A DNA stretch of 64,000 nucleotides from Escherichia coli (GCF_048403405.1 NZ_CP183129.1); one strand, 5' to 3'. Shown: positions 39,452 to 50,476, counted from the first letter of the stretch. The notes: generated by a model from the sequence alone, not told the origin. Translations and numbers: made by a program.

Positions 39452-40275
39452 TGTACTTCTCCATGCCAGGGCGTCAGGCGGCGCTGTAACGCGCGCAAAC
39501 CCAGTTCTAAAAGAAAAGCGATAATCGCAATCACCGCGATCCCCGCCAGCACCACGTCAGTCGCGAGAAATTCACCCGCTGACTGAACCATAAATCCTAA
39601 ACCGCGCGTCGCGGCAATCAGCTCCGCCGCTACCAGCGTAGACCAGCCCACACCCAGACCAATGCGTAATCCGGTGAGGATTTCCGGCAGCGCGCCGGGC
39701 AAAATGACAAACCACAGCACCTGCGCACGACTGGCACCCAGCGACTGGGCGGCACGAATGCGAACCTGCTGCGCGCTTTTCACCCCCGCCAGCGCCGACA
39801 TCGCCACCGGTGCAAAAATCGCTAAATAGATCAGTAAGATCTTCGAGGTTTCACCAATACCAAACCAGATCACCATCAGCGGCAAATACGCCAGCGGCGG
39901 CACCGGACGATAAAGCTCGATTACCGGATCCAGAATGCCGCGCACCGTCGGGCTTAGTCCCATGGCGATCCCGACCGGAATGCCGATCAACACCGCCGCA
40001 AGTAGCGCCAGCACAATGCGCGTCAGGCTGGCTGCAAGATGCTGCCACAGGGTGGCGTCCATAAATCCCTGCGGCCCGGCAATGGTGAGCAGTTTTGCCA
40101 GTACCTGTTGCGGTGGCGGCAAAAACAGCGGGCTAATCAGGTGCAGCGCCGCCACTGCCCACCATACAGTGAGTAAAATCGCTAACGTGCCAATGCTTAA
40201 GGTCACCTGACGCGAGAGCGGCCAGCGCCATTTCAGCCGACGCGAATGCAGTTTTTCATTAATGAGCACACTCAT
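39448..40275 (-). CDS. tauC: Taurine ABC transporter permease
   Basis: 275-aa polytopic membrane ORF with overlapping stop/start junctions to tauB and tauD. Confidence 0.95.
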   Translation of the reverse strand: MSVLINEKLHSRRLKWRWPLSRQVTLSIGTLAILLTVWWAVAALHLISPLFLPPPQQVLAKLLTIAGPQGFMDATLWQHLAASLTRIVLALLAAVLIGIPVGIAMGLSPTVRGILDPVIELYRPVPPLAYLPLMVIWFGIGETSKILLIYLAIFAPVAMSALAGVKSAQQVRIRAAQSLGASRAQVLWFVILPGALPEILTGLRIGLGVGWSTLVAAELIAATRGLGFMVQSAGEFLATDVVLAGIAVIAIIAFLLELGLRALQRRLTPWHGEVQ

Positions 40276-41039
40276 GAGAATGCCTCCCGTTGCTCAAATA
40301 CGCGGCTTAAAACATATTCGCGCATGGCGATGAATTGTGGATCGGACTTGATGCTGCGGCTCGGTTCCCCGGCAACAAAGCGGCGGGCGAAGTTGAGCGG
40401 CAGCCGCTCCAGCACGCGGCCTGGGCCGGGTGAAAGCAGAACCAGTTCAGTCGCCATAAACACCGCTTCTTCTATATCGTGGGTAATCAACAGCACCTGC
40501 TTGCCCGTCTCCTGCCAGAGTTTCAGCAGCAGGGTTTGCATCTGGTCGCGGGTGAAGGCGTCCAGCGCACCAAACGGTTCATCGAGTAATAACAGCTGGG
40601 GATTTGCCGCCAGCGCGCGGGCAATCCCCACCCGCTGACGTTGACCGCCGGAAAGCTGCCAGATGTAGCGTTTTTCTGCCCCTTCCAGCCCCACTTTTTT
40701 CAGCATCTGGTGCGCGATTTCCAGTCGCTGCATTTTCTCAACACCTGCCAGTTGCAGGCCGAACGCCACGTTGTCCCGTACATTGCGCCACGGTAGCAGC
40801 CCTTCATTCTGAAAAACTACGCCACGCTCTGCTCCCGGCCCCTCAATGCGTTTGCCCGCCAGTTGAATACTGCCGTGCTGATAAGGCACAAAACCGGCAA
40901 TCAGATTCAGCAGGGTGGTTTTACCGCAGCCGGACGGCCCCAGCACCACCAGTAGCTCACCGCTTTCCAGCGTCAGGTTGATATCTTCCAGTGCCGGTTT
41001 GCCGCCATAATCGGCGTAAAGATGAGAGATTTGCAGCAT
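40272..41039 (-). CDS. tauB: Taurine ABC transporter ATP-binding protein
   Basis: 255-aa ORF with Walker [10 protein letters not shown], signature LSGGQRQRV and Walker B LLLDEP. Confidence 0.96.
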   Translation of the reverse strand: MLQISHLYADYGGKPALEDINLTLESGELLVVLGPSGCGKTTLLNLIAGFVPYQHGSIQLAGKRIEGPGAERGVVFQNEGLLPWRNVRDNVAFGLQLAGVEKMQRLEIAHQMLKKVGLEGAEKRYIWQLSGGQRQRVGIARALAANPQLLLLDEPFGALDAFTRDQMQTLLLKLWQETGKQVLLITHDIEEAVFMATELVLLSPGPGRVLERLPLNFARRFVAGEPSRSIKSDPQFIAMREYVLSRVFEQREAFS

Positions 41040-41051
41040 CTGCGCCTCCTT

Positions 41052-42014
41052 TTATTGCACGAAGCGCGAGGTCACGTACTGGCTGTAATCGTTCGCTACA
41101 GCCGGGACTTTGCCCTGCTCTTTCAAAAACTGCGCGGTGTCGATGATCGCTTTGTTCACCGATCCGGTCAGTTCTGCCGTTTGCTGCTGCGGCGTCAGAT
41201 AGGTATTCCCCTTCACCAGCCCCGGAACGTCACCTTCAGGCACGCCGCTTAACCGCGCCAGTTTGCTGATGTTTTCAGGCTGTTTCAGCCACGCGTCTGG
41301 GTTAGCAATGTACGGTTGCTGAGCATCGATGGCGCTTTTAGCGAACGCTTTCACGACCTCAGGATGTTTCTCGGCAAAATCTTTGCGCACTACCCAGACA
41401 TCCAGCGTCGGCGCGCCCCACTGCCCGACCTGTTCAGAATCGGTCAGCACCTTGCCGTCTTTTTCCAGGGCGTTAACCGCCGGTGCCCAGACATAAGCAC
41501 CATCAATGTCTCCCCGTTGCCATGCGGCGATAATCGCGGGTGGCTGCAGGTTCACTATCTCCACTTGTCCGGGTTTTATACCCCAGTGTTTCAGCGCCGC
41601 CAGCAGGCTGTAGTGGGTGGTGGAGATAAACGGTACGGCGATGCGTTTGCCAATGAGATCTTCCGGTTTGCTGATAGTTTTCTTTACCACCAGCGCTTCG
41701 GAGTTACCCAGTTTTGACGCCAGTAAGAAGACTTCAATCGGCACCTGTTGGCTGGCTGCCACCGCTAATGGGCTGGAACCGAGGTTACCGATTTGGACAT
41801 CGCCTGAAGCCAGCGCCCGCACGATGCTGGCTCCGCTGTCAAACTTACGCCAGTCCACCGTCGCCCCGCTCTCTTTAGCAAAGGTGTTATCAGCCTGAGC
41901 CACTTTCGCCGGTTCAGCGGAGGTTTGATAGGCCACGGTGACGTTCACCGCCTGTGCCTGAAAAGCGATGAATGCCAGTGCGGCAAGAAGTGTGTTACGC
42001 GATGAAATTGCCAT
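41052..42014 (-). CDS. tauA: Taurine ABC transporter periplasmic binding protein
   Basis: Matches TauA MAISSRNTLLAALAFIAFQAQAVNVTVAYQTSAEP...; start at the internal ATG (complement of 42012-42014), 320 aa. Confidence 0.94.
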   Translation of the reverse strand: MAISSRNTLLAALAFIAFQAQAVNVTVAYQTSAEPAKVAQADNTFAKESGATVDWRKFDSGASIVRALASGDVQIGNLGSSPLAVAASQQVPIEVFLLASKLGNSEALVVKKTISKPEDLIGKRIAVPFISTTHYSLLAALKHWGIKPGQVEIVNLQPPAIIAAWQRGDIDGAYVWAPAVNALEKDGKVLTDSEQVGQWGAPTLDVWVVRKDFAEKHPEVVKAFAKSAIDAQQPYIANPDAWLKQPENISKLARLSGVPEGDVPGLVKGNTYLTPQQQTAELTGSVNKAIIDTAQFLKEQGKVPAVANDYSQYVTSRFVQ

Positions 42015-42622
42015 GATTGTCTGCTCCCCTGTCTTGTTATAGGAGCAGTATTCAGGAATAAAAACATTCATTAAAAGAATTAGTCGTTATCGCACAGATG
42101 ATTTTATTCTTAGCAAAAAAGCGGCAAAGGAAAGATTAAATATGCAATTACACCCACTCTGACAATTCAGTAAGTTACTGCACTTCATTTTTATTAATGC
42201 ATAAACAAGCAGAACATAATGTCTTTTATTTTATTAACAGCAATACATATAATGAAATCATTATATTCACATTGCATATATAACTGTATCATTCTCAATC
42301 AACCACATAATACATTCACATAATGTATATAATCCATATTTGTGCCTAGAACATATTTTTAATATGTAATTAATTGACAAACTAAATCACATCTAAATAC
42401 AATATATAAAACAAAATAACTATACAAACCAAACACACAAACACTTAACATATGAACTACATAAAAGATTACGCAGTCGTATCCCCGTACCTGAAAGCCC
42501 CTTATTTTTCAGCTATCAGTAATTTTTAACACTTAAAAATTAGCATCTGTCTGTGCCAGAGATTACGTCTCTGCGGGCATCGTTGTGCTTGTAGTATAAT
42601 AAATAAAATGGAGTGTCATTAA

Positions 42623-43294
42623 GTGGATAAGGTTTTAGATTCAGCCATCCTTTCTTCGGCAAATAAAAGAAAGGGTATCCTTGCTATTGGCGCACATCCT
42701 GACGATATAGAATTGGGCTGTGGCGCGTCGCTTGCTCGTCTTGCGCAAAAAGGAATTTATATCGCAGCCGTGGTGATGACTACCGGCAACTCTGGCACAG
42801 ATGGAATAATCGATCGCCATGAAGAATCGCGCAACGCCCTAAAGATATTAGGGTGCCACCAAACTATTCATCTTAATTTTGCTGACACCCGCGCGCATTT
42901 GCAGCTCAATGATATGATTTCCGCCCTGGAAGACATCATTAAAAATCAAATTCCTTCTGATGTTGAAATCATGCGGGTATATACCATGCATGATGCCGAC
43001 CGCCATCAGGATCATCTTGCTGTTTATCAAGCTTCAATGGTTGCCTGCCGAACTATTCCACAAATTCTCGGCTACGAAACCCCAAGCACCTGGCTTTCAT
43101 TTATGCCTCAGGTTTTTGAATCCGTTAAAGAAGAATATTTCACAGTCAAACTTGCTGCATTAAAAAAACATAAAAGCCAGGAACGACGCGATTATATGCG
43201 TCATGATCGCCTGCGTGCAGTTGCACAATTTCGCGGGCAACAGGTCAATAGCGATCTGGGTGAAGGCTTTGTAATTCATAAAATGATTCTTTGA
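42623..43294 (+). CDS. yaiS: PIG-L / LmbE-family deacetylase YaiS
   Basis: ORF with the LmbE-type motif AIGAHPDDIELG. The only in-frame start before that motif is the GTG at 42623 (GGAG about 9 nt upstream); start uncertain. Confidence 0.8.
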   Translation: MDKVLDSAILSSANKRKGILAIGAHPDDIELGCGASLARLAQKGIYIAAVVMTTGNSGTDGIIDRHEESRNALKILGCHQTIHLNFADTRAHLQLNDMISALEDIIKNQIPSDVEIMRVYTMHDADRHQDHLAVYQASMVACRTIPQILGYETPSTWLSFMPQVFESVKEEYFTVKLAALKKHKSQERRDYMRHDRLRAVAQFRGQQVNSDLGEGFVIHKMIL

Positions 43295-43303
43295 GCAAAT
43301 TGC

Positions 43304-44500
43304 ATGAAAACCTGGATATTTATCTGTATGTCCATAGCAATGTTGCTATGGTTTTTAAGTACGCTAAAACGTAAACCCAGTCAAAAGAAAGGCTGTATTG
43401 ACGCCATTATACCTGCTTATAACGAAGGCCCGTGTCTGGCACAGTCACTGGATAATCTGCTGCGTAATCCTTATTTTTGCCGGGTAATTTGCGTAAACGA
43501 CGGCTCCACGGACAATACCGAAGCGGTCATGGCGGAAGTCAAACGCAAATGGGGCGACCGCTTTGTTGCCGTCACGCAAAAAAATACCGGTAAAGGTGGT
43601 GCGCTGATGAATGGCCTCAATTACGCCACCTGCGACCAGGTTTTTTTAAGTGATGCCGACACCTATGTTCCGCCCGATCAAGACGGAATGGGCTATATGC
43701 TTGCAGAAATAGAGCGCGGTGCTGATGCCGTAGGCGGCATTCCCTCTACTGCGTTGAAAGGCGCGGGTCTGTTACCGCACATCCGCGCGACCGTAAAGTT
43801 GCCGATGATTGTTATGAAGCGCACGCTACAGCAGCTCCTGGGCGGCGCACCGTTTATTATCAGCGGTGCCTGCGGGATGTTCCGTACTGATGTATTGCGT
43901 AAGTTCGGTTTCTCTGATCGTACTAAAGTCGAAGACCTTGATCTCACCTGGACATTGGTGGCAAACGGCTATCGTATTCGGCAGGCGAATCGCTGCATCG
44001 TATACCCACAGGAATGCAACAGCCCGCGTGAGGAATGGCGTCGCTGGCGGCGTTGGATTGTGGGCTACGCGGTCTGTATGCGCCTGCATAAAAGGCTTTT
44101 ATTTAGCCGCTTCGGTATCTTCAGTATATTTCCTATGCTGTTGGTTGTGCTTTATGGCGTTGGGATTTATCTCACTACCTGGTTTAATGAATTCATCACC
44201 ACCGGGCCGCATGGTGTGGTGTTGGCAATGTTTCCGCTTATCTGGGTCGGCGTAGTTTGTGTTATTGGTGCTTTTAGCGCCTGGTTTCATCGTTGCTGGT
44301 TGTTGGTGCCTTTAGCACCGCTTTCCGTTGTGTATGTATTATTAGCTTATGCCATCTGGATTATTTATGGACTTATTGCCTTTTTTACTGGACGCGAACC
44401 TCAGCGCGACAAACCCACCCGCTATTCCGCACTGGTGGAAGCGTCAACCTCTTATTCCCAACCTTCTGTCACAGGAACTGAAAAACTTTCTGAAGCTTAA
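43304..44500 (+). CDS. yaiP: Family 2 glycosyltransferase YaiP with C-terminal membrane segments
   Basis: 398-aa ORF with GT-A motifs (VICVNDGSTDNT, FLSDADTY) followed by several hydrophobic helices. Confidence 0.9.
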   Translation: MKTWIFICMSIAMLLWFLSTLKRKPSQKKGCIDAIIPAYNEGPCLAQSLDNLLRNPYFCRVICVNDGSTDNTEAVMAEVKRKWGDRFVAVTQKNTGKGGALMNGLNYATCDQVFLSDADTYVPPDQDGMGYMLAEIERGADAVGGIPSTALKGAGLLPHIRATVKLPMIVMKRTLQQLLGGAPFIISGACGMFRTDVLRKFGFSDRTKVEDLDLTWTLVANGYRIRQANRCIVYPQECNSPREEWRRWRRWIVGYAVCMRLHKRLLFSRFGIFSIFPMLLVVLYGVGIYLTTWFNEFITTGPHGVVLAMFPLIWVGVVCVIGAFSAWFHRCWLLVPLAPLSVVYVLLAYAIWIIYGLIAFFTGREPQRDKPTRYSALVEASTSYSQPSVTGTEKLSEA

Positions 44501-45059
44501 TGTTAAAGAGAAAAATATTCAGATTGCAGACCAGGTAATTATTGATGAAACTGCAGGTGAAGTTGTTATCGGCGCGAATACCCGTATTTGTCACGGTGCC
44601 GTTATTCAGGGTCCGGTAGTGATTGGCGCAAACTGCCTGATAGGTAATTATGCGTTTATTCGTCCTGGCACAATAATCAGCAATGGCGTAAAAATTGGCT
44701 TCGCCACCGAAATTAAAAATGCGGTTATTGAAGCGGAAGCAACGATTGGTCCGCAATGCTTTATTGCCGACTCGGTAGTTGCAAACCAGGCATATTTGGG
44801 CGCACAAGTACGAACCAGTAATCATCGTCTGGATGAACAGCCCGTGTCTGTTCGAACTCCCGAGGGAATTATCGCTACCGGATGCGATAAATTAGGTTGT
44901 TATATCGGGCAGCGTTCACGCCTTGGCGTACAAGTTATTATTTTGCCTGGGCGAATTATTTCCCCGAACACGCAACTTGGCCCGCGCGTGATTGTAGAAC
45001 GTAATTTACCTACCGGAACTTATTCACTCCGACAAGAACTTATCCGTACAGGAGATTAA
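44349..45059 (+). CDS. yaiX: Hexapeptide-repeat (left-handed beta-helix) acyltransferase-like protein YaiX, uninterrupted; start uncertain
   Basis: Repetitive [LIV]-G-x-x-x-x hexads (VVIGANTRICHGAVIQGPVVIGANCLIGNYAFIRPGTIISNGVKIG...). The ORF begins 150 bp inside yaiP with no ATG/GTG right after the yaiP stop, so the true start may be internal or non-canonical. I recall K-12 has this gene disrupted by IS2; no IS here. Confidence 0.7.
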   Translation: MPSGLFMDLLPFLLDANLSATNPPAIPHWWKRQPLIPNLLSQELKNFLKLNVKEKNIQIADQVIIDETAGEVVIGANTRICHGAVIQGPVVIGANCLIGNYAFIRPGTIISNGVKIGFATEIKNAVIEAEATIGPQCFIADSVVANQAYLGAQVRTSNHRLDEQPVSVRTPEGIIATGCDKLGCYIGQRSRLGVQVIILPGRIISPNTQLGPRVIVERNLPTGTYSLRQELIRTGD

Positions 45060-45060
45060 A

Positions 45061-45834
45061 ATGATAAAACGGACGTTATTAGCGGCGGCCATTTTTAGCG
45101 CATTACCCGCTTATGCCGGGTTAACTTCCATTACCGCGGGCTACGATTTTACCGATTATTCTGGCGATCATGGCAACCGTAATTTAGCGTATGCTGAACT
45201 GGTGGCGAAAGTTGAAAACGCAACGCTGCTTTTTAATCTTTCCCAGGGGCGTCGTGATTATGAAACTGAACATTTCAATGCCACTCGCGGTCAGGGTGCG
45301 GTCTGGTATAAATGTAATAACTGGCTGACAACCCGAACGGGTATTGCCTTTGCGGATAATACGCCGGTCTTTGCCCGCCAGGATTTTCGTCAGGATATTA
45401 ACCTGGCACTGTTGCCAAAAACGCTTTTCACGACCGGTTATCGCTACACTAAATATTACGATGATGTCGAAGTCGATGCCTGGCAAGGCGGCGTATCACT
45501 CTATACTGGCCCGGTGATCTCCAGCTACCGCTATACCCATTATGACTCCAGCGATGCAGGTGGTAGTTACAGCAATATGATTTCCGTGCGTCTGAATGAC
45601 CCGCGCGGCACTGGTTATACGCAACTATGGCTAAGCCGCGGAACAGGCGCTTACACCTATGACTGGACGCCAGAAACACGCTACGGCAGCATGAAGAGCG
45701 TCAGTTTGCAACGTATTCAACCGCTGACTGAGCAACTTAATCTCGGGCTGACGGCAGGTAAAGTGTGGTACGACACCCCAACTGATGATTATAACGGTCT
45801 GCAATTTGCAGCCCATCTGACCTGGAAATTCTGA
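45061..45834 (+). CDS. yaiO: Outer-membrane beta-barrel protein YaiO
   Basis: 257-aa ORF with signal peptide MIKRTLLAAAIFSALPAYA and a C-terminal aromatic residue (...LTWKF); starts 1 bp after the yaiX stop. Confidence 0.92.
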   Translation: MIKRTLLAAAIFSALPAYAGLTSITAGYDFTDYSGDHGNRNLAYAELVAKVENATLLFNLSQGRRDYETEHFNATRGQGAVWYKCNNWLTTRTGIAFADNTPVFARQDFRQDINLALLPKTLFTTGYRYTKYYDDVEVDAWQGGVSLYTGPVISSYRYTHYDSSDAGGSYSNMISVRLNDPRGTGYTQLWLSRGTGAYTYDWTPETRYGSMKSVSLQRIQPLTEQLNLGLTAGKVWYDTPTDDYNGLQFAAHLTWKF

Positions 45835-45944
45835 TTGCTTCTGCCGCCCGCTATCCGGGGCGGCCTTCCCTGCCGATTAGCCCCCCCTTTCCTCTTTGTT
45901 TTCCGACCACATTCACCGGATAAATTTTATTCTCCAGTGTTATA

Positions 45945-45992
45945 TACTATAGGGGGGTATGTATTGACACATGGCATACCCCCCTATAGTAT
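45945..45992 (+). promoter_or_regulatory. frmRAB promoter/operator: long dyad with G6/C6 tracts (FrmR binding site)
   Basis: ATACTATAGGGGGG...CCCCCCTATAGTAT, a 14-bp perfect inverted repeat flanking TTGACA, about 30-70 bp upstream of the frmR ATG. Confidence 0.75.
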
Positions 45993-46018
45993 ATTGCGTG
46001 CAGATGATGAGGTGCGAA

Positions 46019-46294
46019 ATGCCCAGTACTCCGGAAGAGAAGAAAAAGGTCCTTACTCGAGTTCGTCGTATTCGGGGGCAGATTGATGCTCTGGAACGGT
46101 CGCTGGAGGGTGATGCCGAATGCCGTGCCATACTCCAACAGATCGCTGCCGTTCGGGGCGCGGCTAACGGGCTGATGGCAGAAGTGCTTGAAAGCCATAT
46201 CCGGGAAACGTTTGACCGAAATGACTGCTACAGCCGCGAAGTCAGCCAATCCGTTGACGACACTATTGAACTGGTTCGTGCCTATCTTAAATAG
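46019..46294 (+). CDS. frmR: Formaldehyde-responsive transcriptional repressor (CsoR/RcnR family)
   Basis: Matches Frm[52 protein letters not shown]...; start at the ATG at 46019 (91 aa). Confidence 0.94.
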
Positions 46295-46298
46295 CTGA

Positions 46299-47438
<1,140 letters not shown>

Positions 47439-47531
47439 TTTCCCGCAGGTTTTACCCCGTCCAGTTCAGGCGGGGTTCTTAATACTCTCCCCGGGCAGCC
47501 GTCCGGGGGATTAACCGTGAGATAATGACTG

Positions 47532-48365
47532 ATGGAACTCATTGAAAAACATGCCAGCTTTGGCGGCTGGCAAAATGTGTATCGGCATTATTCCCCATCA
47601 CTGAAATGTGAAATGAATGTCGGCGTCTATCTCCCACCAAAAGCTGCAGGTGAAAAATTACCGGTGCTGTACTGGCTTTCGGGCCTGACCTGCAATGAGC
47701 AGAATTTCATTACTAAATCGGGGATGCAGCGTTACGCGGCTGAGCACAACATTATTGTTGTTGCGCCGGACACCAGTCCGCGAGGCAGTCATGTCGCAGA
47801 TGCCGACCGTTACGATCTCGGGCAAGGTGCCGGGTTTTACCTGAACGCAACGCAAGCGCCGTGGAATGAACATTACAAAATGTATGATTATATCCACAAC
47901 GAGCTGCCGGATTTAGTGATGCAACATTTTCCGGCAACGACCAGAAAGTCTATTTCAGGTCATTCTATGGGCGGGCTGGGCGCGCTGGTGCTGGCGTTAC
48001 GTAACCCAGATGAATATGTCAGCGTCTCAGCGTTTTCGCCCATTGTCTCCCCATCGCAAGTACCGTGGGGACAGCAAGCCTTTACCGCATATCTTGGTGA
48101 AAATAAAGAGGCGTGGTTGGATTACGATCCGGTGAGCCTTATTTCACAAGGTCAACGCGTTGCGGAAATAATGGTTGATCAGGGGTTGAGTGATGATTTT
48201 TACGCAGAACAGCTGCGGACTCCAAATCTTGAAAAGATCTGCCAGGAGATGAATATCAAGACGTTAATCCGTTATCACGAAGGTTATGATCACAGCTATT
48301 ATTTTGTCTCCAGTTTTATTGGCGAGCATATTGCCTACCACGCCAATAAACTGAATATGCGTTAA
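47532..48365 (+). CDS. frmB: S-formylglutathione hydrolase
   Basis: 277-aa esterase-D-like ORF with GHSMGG nucleophile motif. Confidence 0.95.
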   Translation: MELIEKHASFGGWQNVYRHYSPSLKCEMNVGVYLPPKAAGEKLPVLYWLSGLTCNEQNFITKSGMQRYAAEHNIIVVAPDTSPRGSHVADADRYDLGQGAGFYLNATQAPWNEHYKMYDYIHNELPDLVMQHFPATTRKSISGHSMGGLGALVLALRNPDEYVSVSAFSPIVSPSQVPWGQQAFTAYLGENKEAWLDYDPVSLISQGQRVAEIMVDQGLSDDFYAEQLRTPNLEKICQEMNIKTLIRYHEGYDHSYYFVSSFIGEHIAYHANKLNMR

Positions 48366-48380
48366 TAATAGTGCACGACT

Positions 48381-48466
48381 GCCGGATGCGGCGTGAACGC
48401 CTTATCCGCCTACATTTCGCCCGCAGGCCGTAGGCATGATAAGACGCGCATAGCGTCGCATCAGGC
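48381..48466. repeat. REP/BIME element (two palindromic units) between frmB and yaiL
   Basis: gccggatgcggcgtgaacgccttatccgcctac and gcaggccgtaggcatgataagacgcgcatagcgtcgcatcaggc. Confidence 0.8.
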
Positions 48467-48489
48467 ATCTACGTACGACTTATCTATGT

Positions 48490-49029
48490 TTACCACATCA
48501 AATCATCAGGCACTTTGAAGTCGGCATACGGGTCGTCTTCATCCTGCTCTTCGGCGCTGAGCGCGCTGTGCAACACAATACTGCTGGCATCACGCTGAGC
48601 AATTTTATCGGCAACGCTGGCGGGAATAATGGCGTATTCACCTTCGCTATTGTTATCGAGCAACAAGCGGGCAATCGCCAGACGACCATTAATCAACTGC
48701 GCCTGTGTGAGCTTATCGACAAAAATCTTCTTAATCAGATTGCCGTCAGTGAAGTTAAAACCAATATCGCCATTGGCAATGGTGATTCGGTTCATTTCAA
48801 TGAGCTGCTTCACCTGAGCTTTATATTCTTTCGCCAACGCCGCTTGTTTTTGTTGCTCGCTAAGCTGTTTATCACGCTCAAGCTGTGCCTTTTTATTTTC
48901 TTCTACCGCCGCCCGAGCTTCACGCGCCTGAACGCGCGATTTTTTCGCCGTTCTCTCGACCTTCGCCGCTTTTTTGCTGGTGACTAATCCTGCTTTGAGC
49001 AACTGCTCTTGTAAGGTAAGTTTTGCCAT
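48490..49029 (-). CDS. yaiL: Uncharacterised protein YaiL (DUF2058)
   Basis: Start placed at the internal Met for the 179-aa protein MAKLTLQEQLLKAGLVTSKKAAKVERTAKKSRVQAREAR...; lysine/glutamine-rich N-terminal half. Confidence 0.85.
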   Translation of the reverse strand: MAKLTLQEQLLKAGLVTSKKAAKVERTAKKSRVQAREARAAVEENKKAQLERDKQLSEQQKQAALAKEYKAQVKQLIEMNRITIANGDIGFNFTDGNLIKKIFVDKLTQAQLINGRLAIARLLLDNNSEGEYAIIPASVADKIAQRDASSIVLHSALSAEEQDEDDPYADFKVPDDLMW

Positions 49030-49130
49030 CTTTGTTTCCAAACCCGCTGAATAATTTTTAGCGAGTATACCTGTAAACGCCGTAGGTGTATCGGGGGGAA
49101 GTCCCTTTCGCCCCTGCTTAATAAAGCGCG

Positions 49131-50342
49131 TCAGACATCGGCGCACGGCTGCATTCTTGATCTCCGGCTCATCAAAATAAACACCGCCAACCCCGCAACA
49201 AGAATACCCGGCGCAGAAGCGGCCATTACGCCAACCGTGCCAGTACCTAATGCCAGCATTTTCCCGGCCAGTAACGGACCGCTCATAGCCCCCAGACGCC
49301 CTACCGCCACGGCTGTTCCCACACCTGTTGCGCGGATCTGCGAACTGTAAAACAACGGTGCCAGGGCATACAAAACGCTTTGCCCACCTGTCGCAAACAA
49401 CCCCGCGACGAATCCCGCCAGCAACATACCGTTAAATGACGACACCGTTCCCAGCGCCAGCAGCGAAGCTAACATGCCGCTATAAATCAGTAGCGACATG
49501 GTTACTGGACGCAGCTTATCCATCAATGCGCCCAACATTAACGTCCCGCTTGCCGCCCCCATTTGCAGTGCAAACATCACCCCTGCCGCCTGCGATGGCT
49601 GGAATCCTTGCTCCACCAAAAGCAGCGGTAGCCAGTTGATCAACATGTAGACCACCAGCAGAGTGAAGAAATAACACAACCACAGCAGCAGCGTCGCGGT
49701 TGCCGTTTCTGGCGCAAATAACGCACGCAGTGGTGGCGCAGCCTGTTTTTCGCCAGCGAAAACCGCCGACTCCGGCAGCCAGCGCATTAATAGCGGCACC
49801 AGAATCAACGGCACCACACCACCGACCCAAAACACCGTTTGCCAGGCTAAGTTTGCCCCCGCAAAACCCAGCGTCGCCGCCAGCGCCGCGCCAATGGGAA
49901 CACCGCAATACATCAGGCTCACTGCCGTCCCACGAAAACGTGGCCCCGCGGCTTCAGACGTCAGGGCGATCAGATTCGGCAACGCCGCCCCCAGCCCGAC
50001 ACCGGTCATCAGTCGCGCAAAGACCAGTGAGGGGAAATCCCAGGCAATCGCCGTTGCCAGTGAGAACAAACCAAACAGCGCAACTGAGCCAATCAAAATG
50101 CGCTTACGACCATAACGGTCCGCCAGCATTCCGCCAACCAACGCGCCGGGTAGCAAACCGAGTATTCCGGCGCTGAATATCCAGCCCATTTGCATTTTAT
50201 CGAGTGCGAAAGCCTGGGCGATGCCACCCGCCGCAATGCCAGCCGCCTGAAGATCCAGTCCTTCCATCAGAGCGACCAAAAAACAAAGCCCGATGGTCAG
50301 CATCAGGCGGGATGAAGATGATGAAGGGATACGAGCCGACAT
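49131..50342 (-). CDS. mhpT: 3-(3-hydroxyphenyl)propionate transporter (MFS)
   Basis: MFS membrane ORF; start placed at MSARIPSSSSSRLMLTIGLCFLVALMEGLDL... (403 aa), downstream of the upstream ORF-track Met. Confidence 0.9.
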   Translation of the reverse strand: MSARIPSSSSSRLMLTIGLCFLVALMEGLDLQAAGIAAGGIAQAFALDKMQMGWIFSAGILGLLPGALVGGMLADRYGRKRILIGSVALFGLFSLATAIAWDFPSLVFARLMTGVGLGAALPNLIALTSEAAGPRFRGTAVSLMYCGVPIGAALAATLGFAGANLAWQTVFWVGGVVPLILVPLLMRWLPESAVFAGEKQAAPPLRALFAPETATATLLLWLCYFFTLLVVYMLINWLPLLLVEQGFQPSQAAGVMFALQMGAASGTLMLGALMDKLRPVTMSLLIYSGMLASLLALGTVSSFNGMLLAGFVAGLFATGGQSVLYALAPLFYSSQIRATGVGTAVAVGRLGAMSGPLLAGKMLALGTGTVGVMAASAPGILVAGLAVFILMSRRSRMQPCADV

Positions 50343-50417
50343 AAGATGAACCTCGTTGCGAGTGCAGGTGAATCGCGGCTGATACATTGCCAGCCGCGTA
50401 ATCAGAACCATTTAATG

Positions 50418-50476
50418 ACTGCCTACGGGCGAAGAAAATGTAGGCCGAACAAGGCGTTTACGCCGCATCCGGCAGT
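50418..50476. repeat. REP element between mhpT and mhpE
   Basis: gtaggccgaacaaggcgtttacgccgcatccggcag (REP-like palindrome). Confidence 0.7.
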
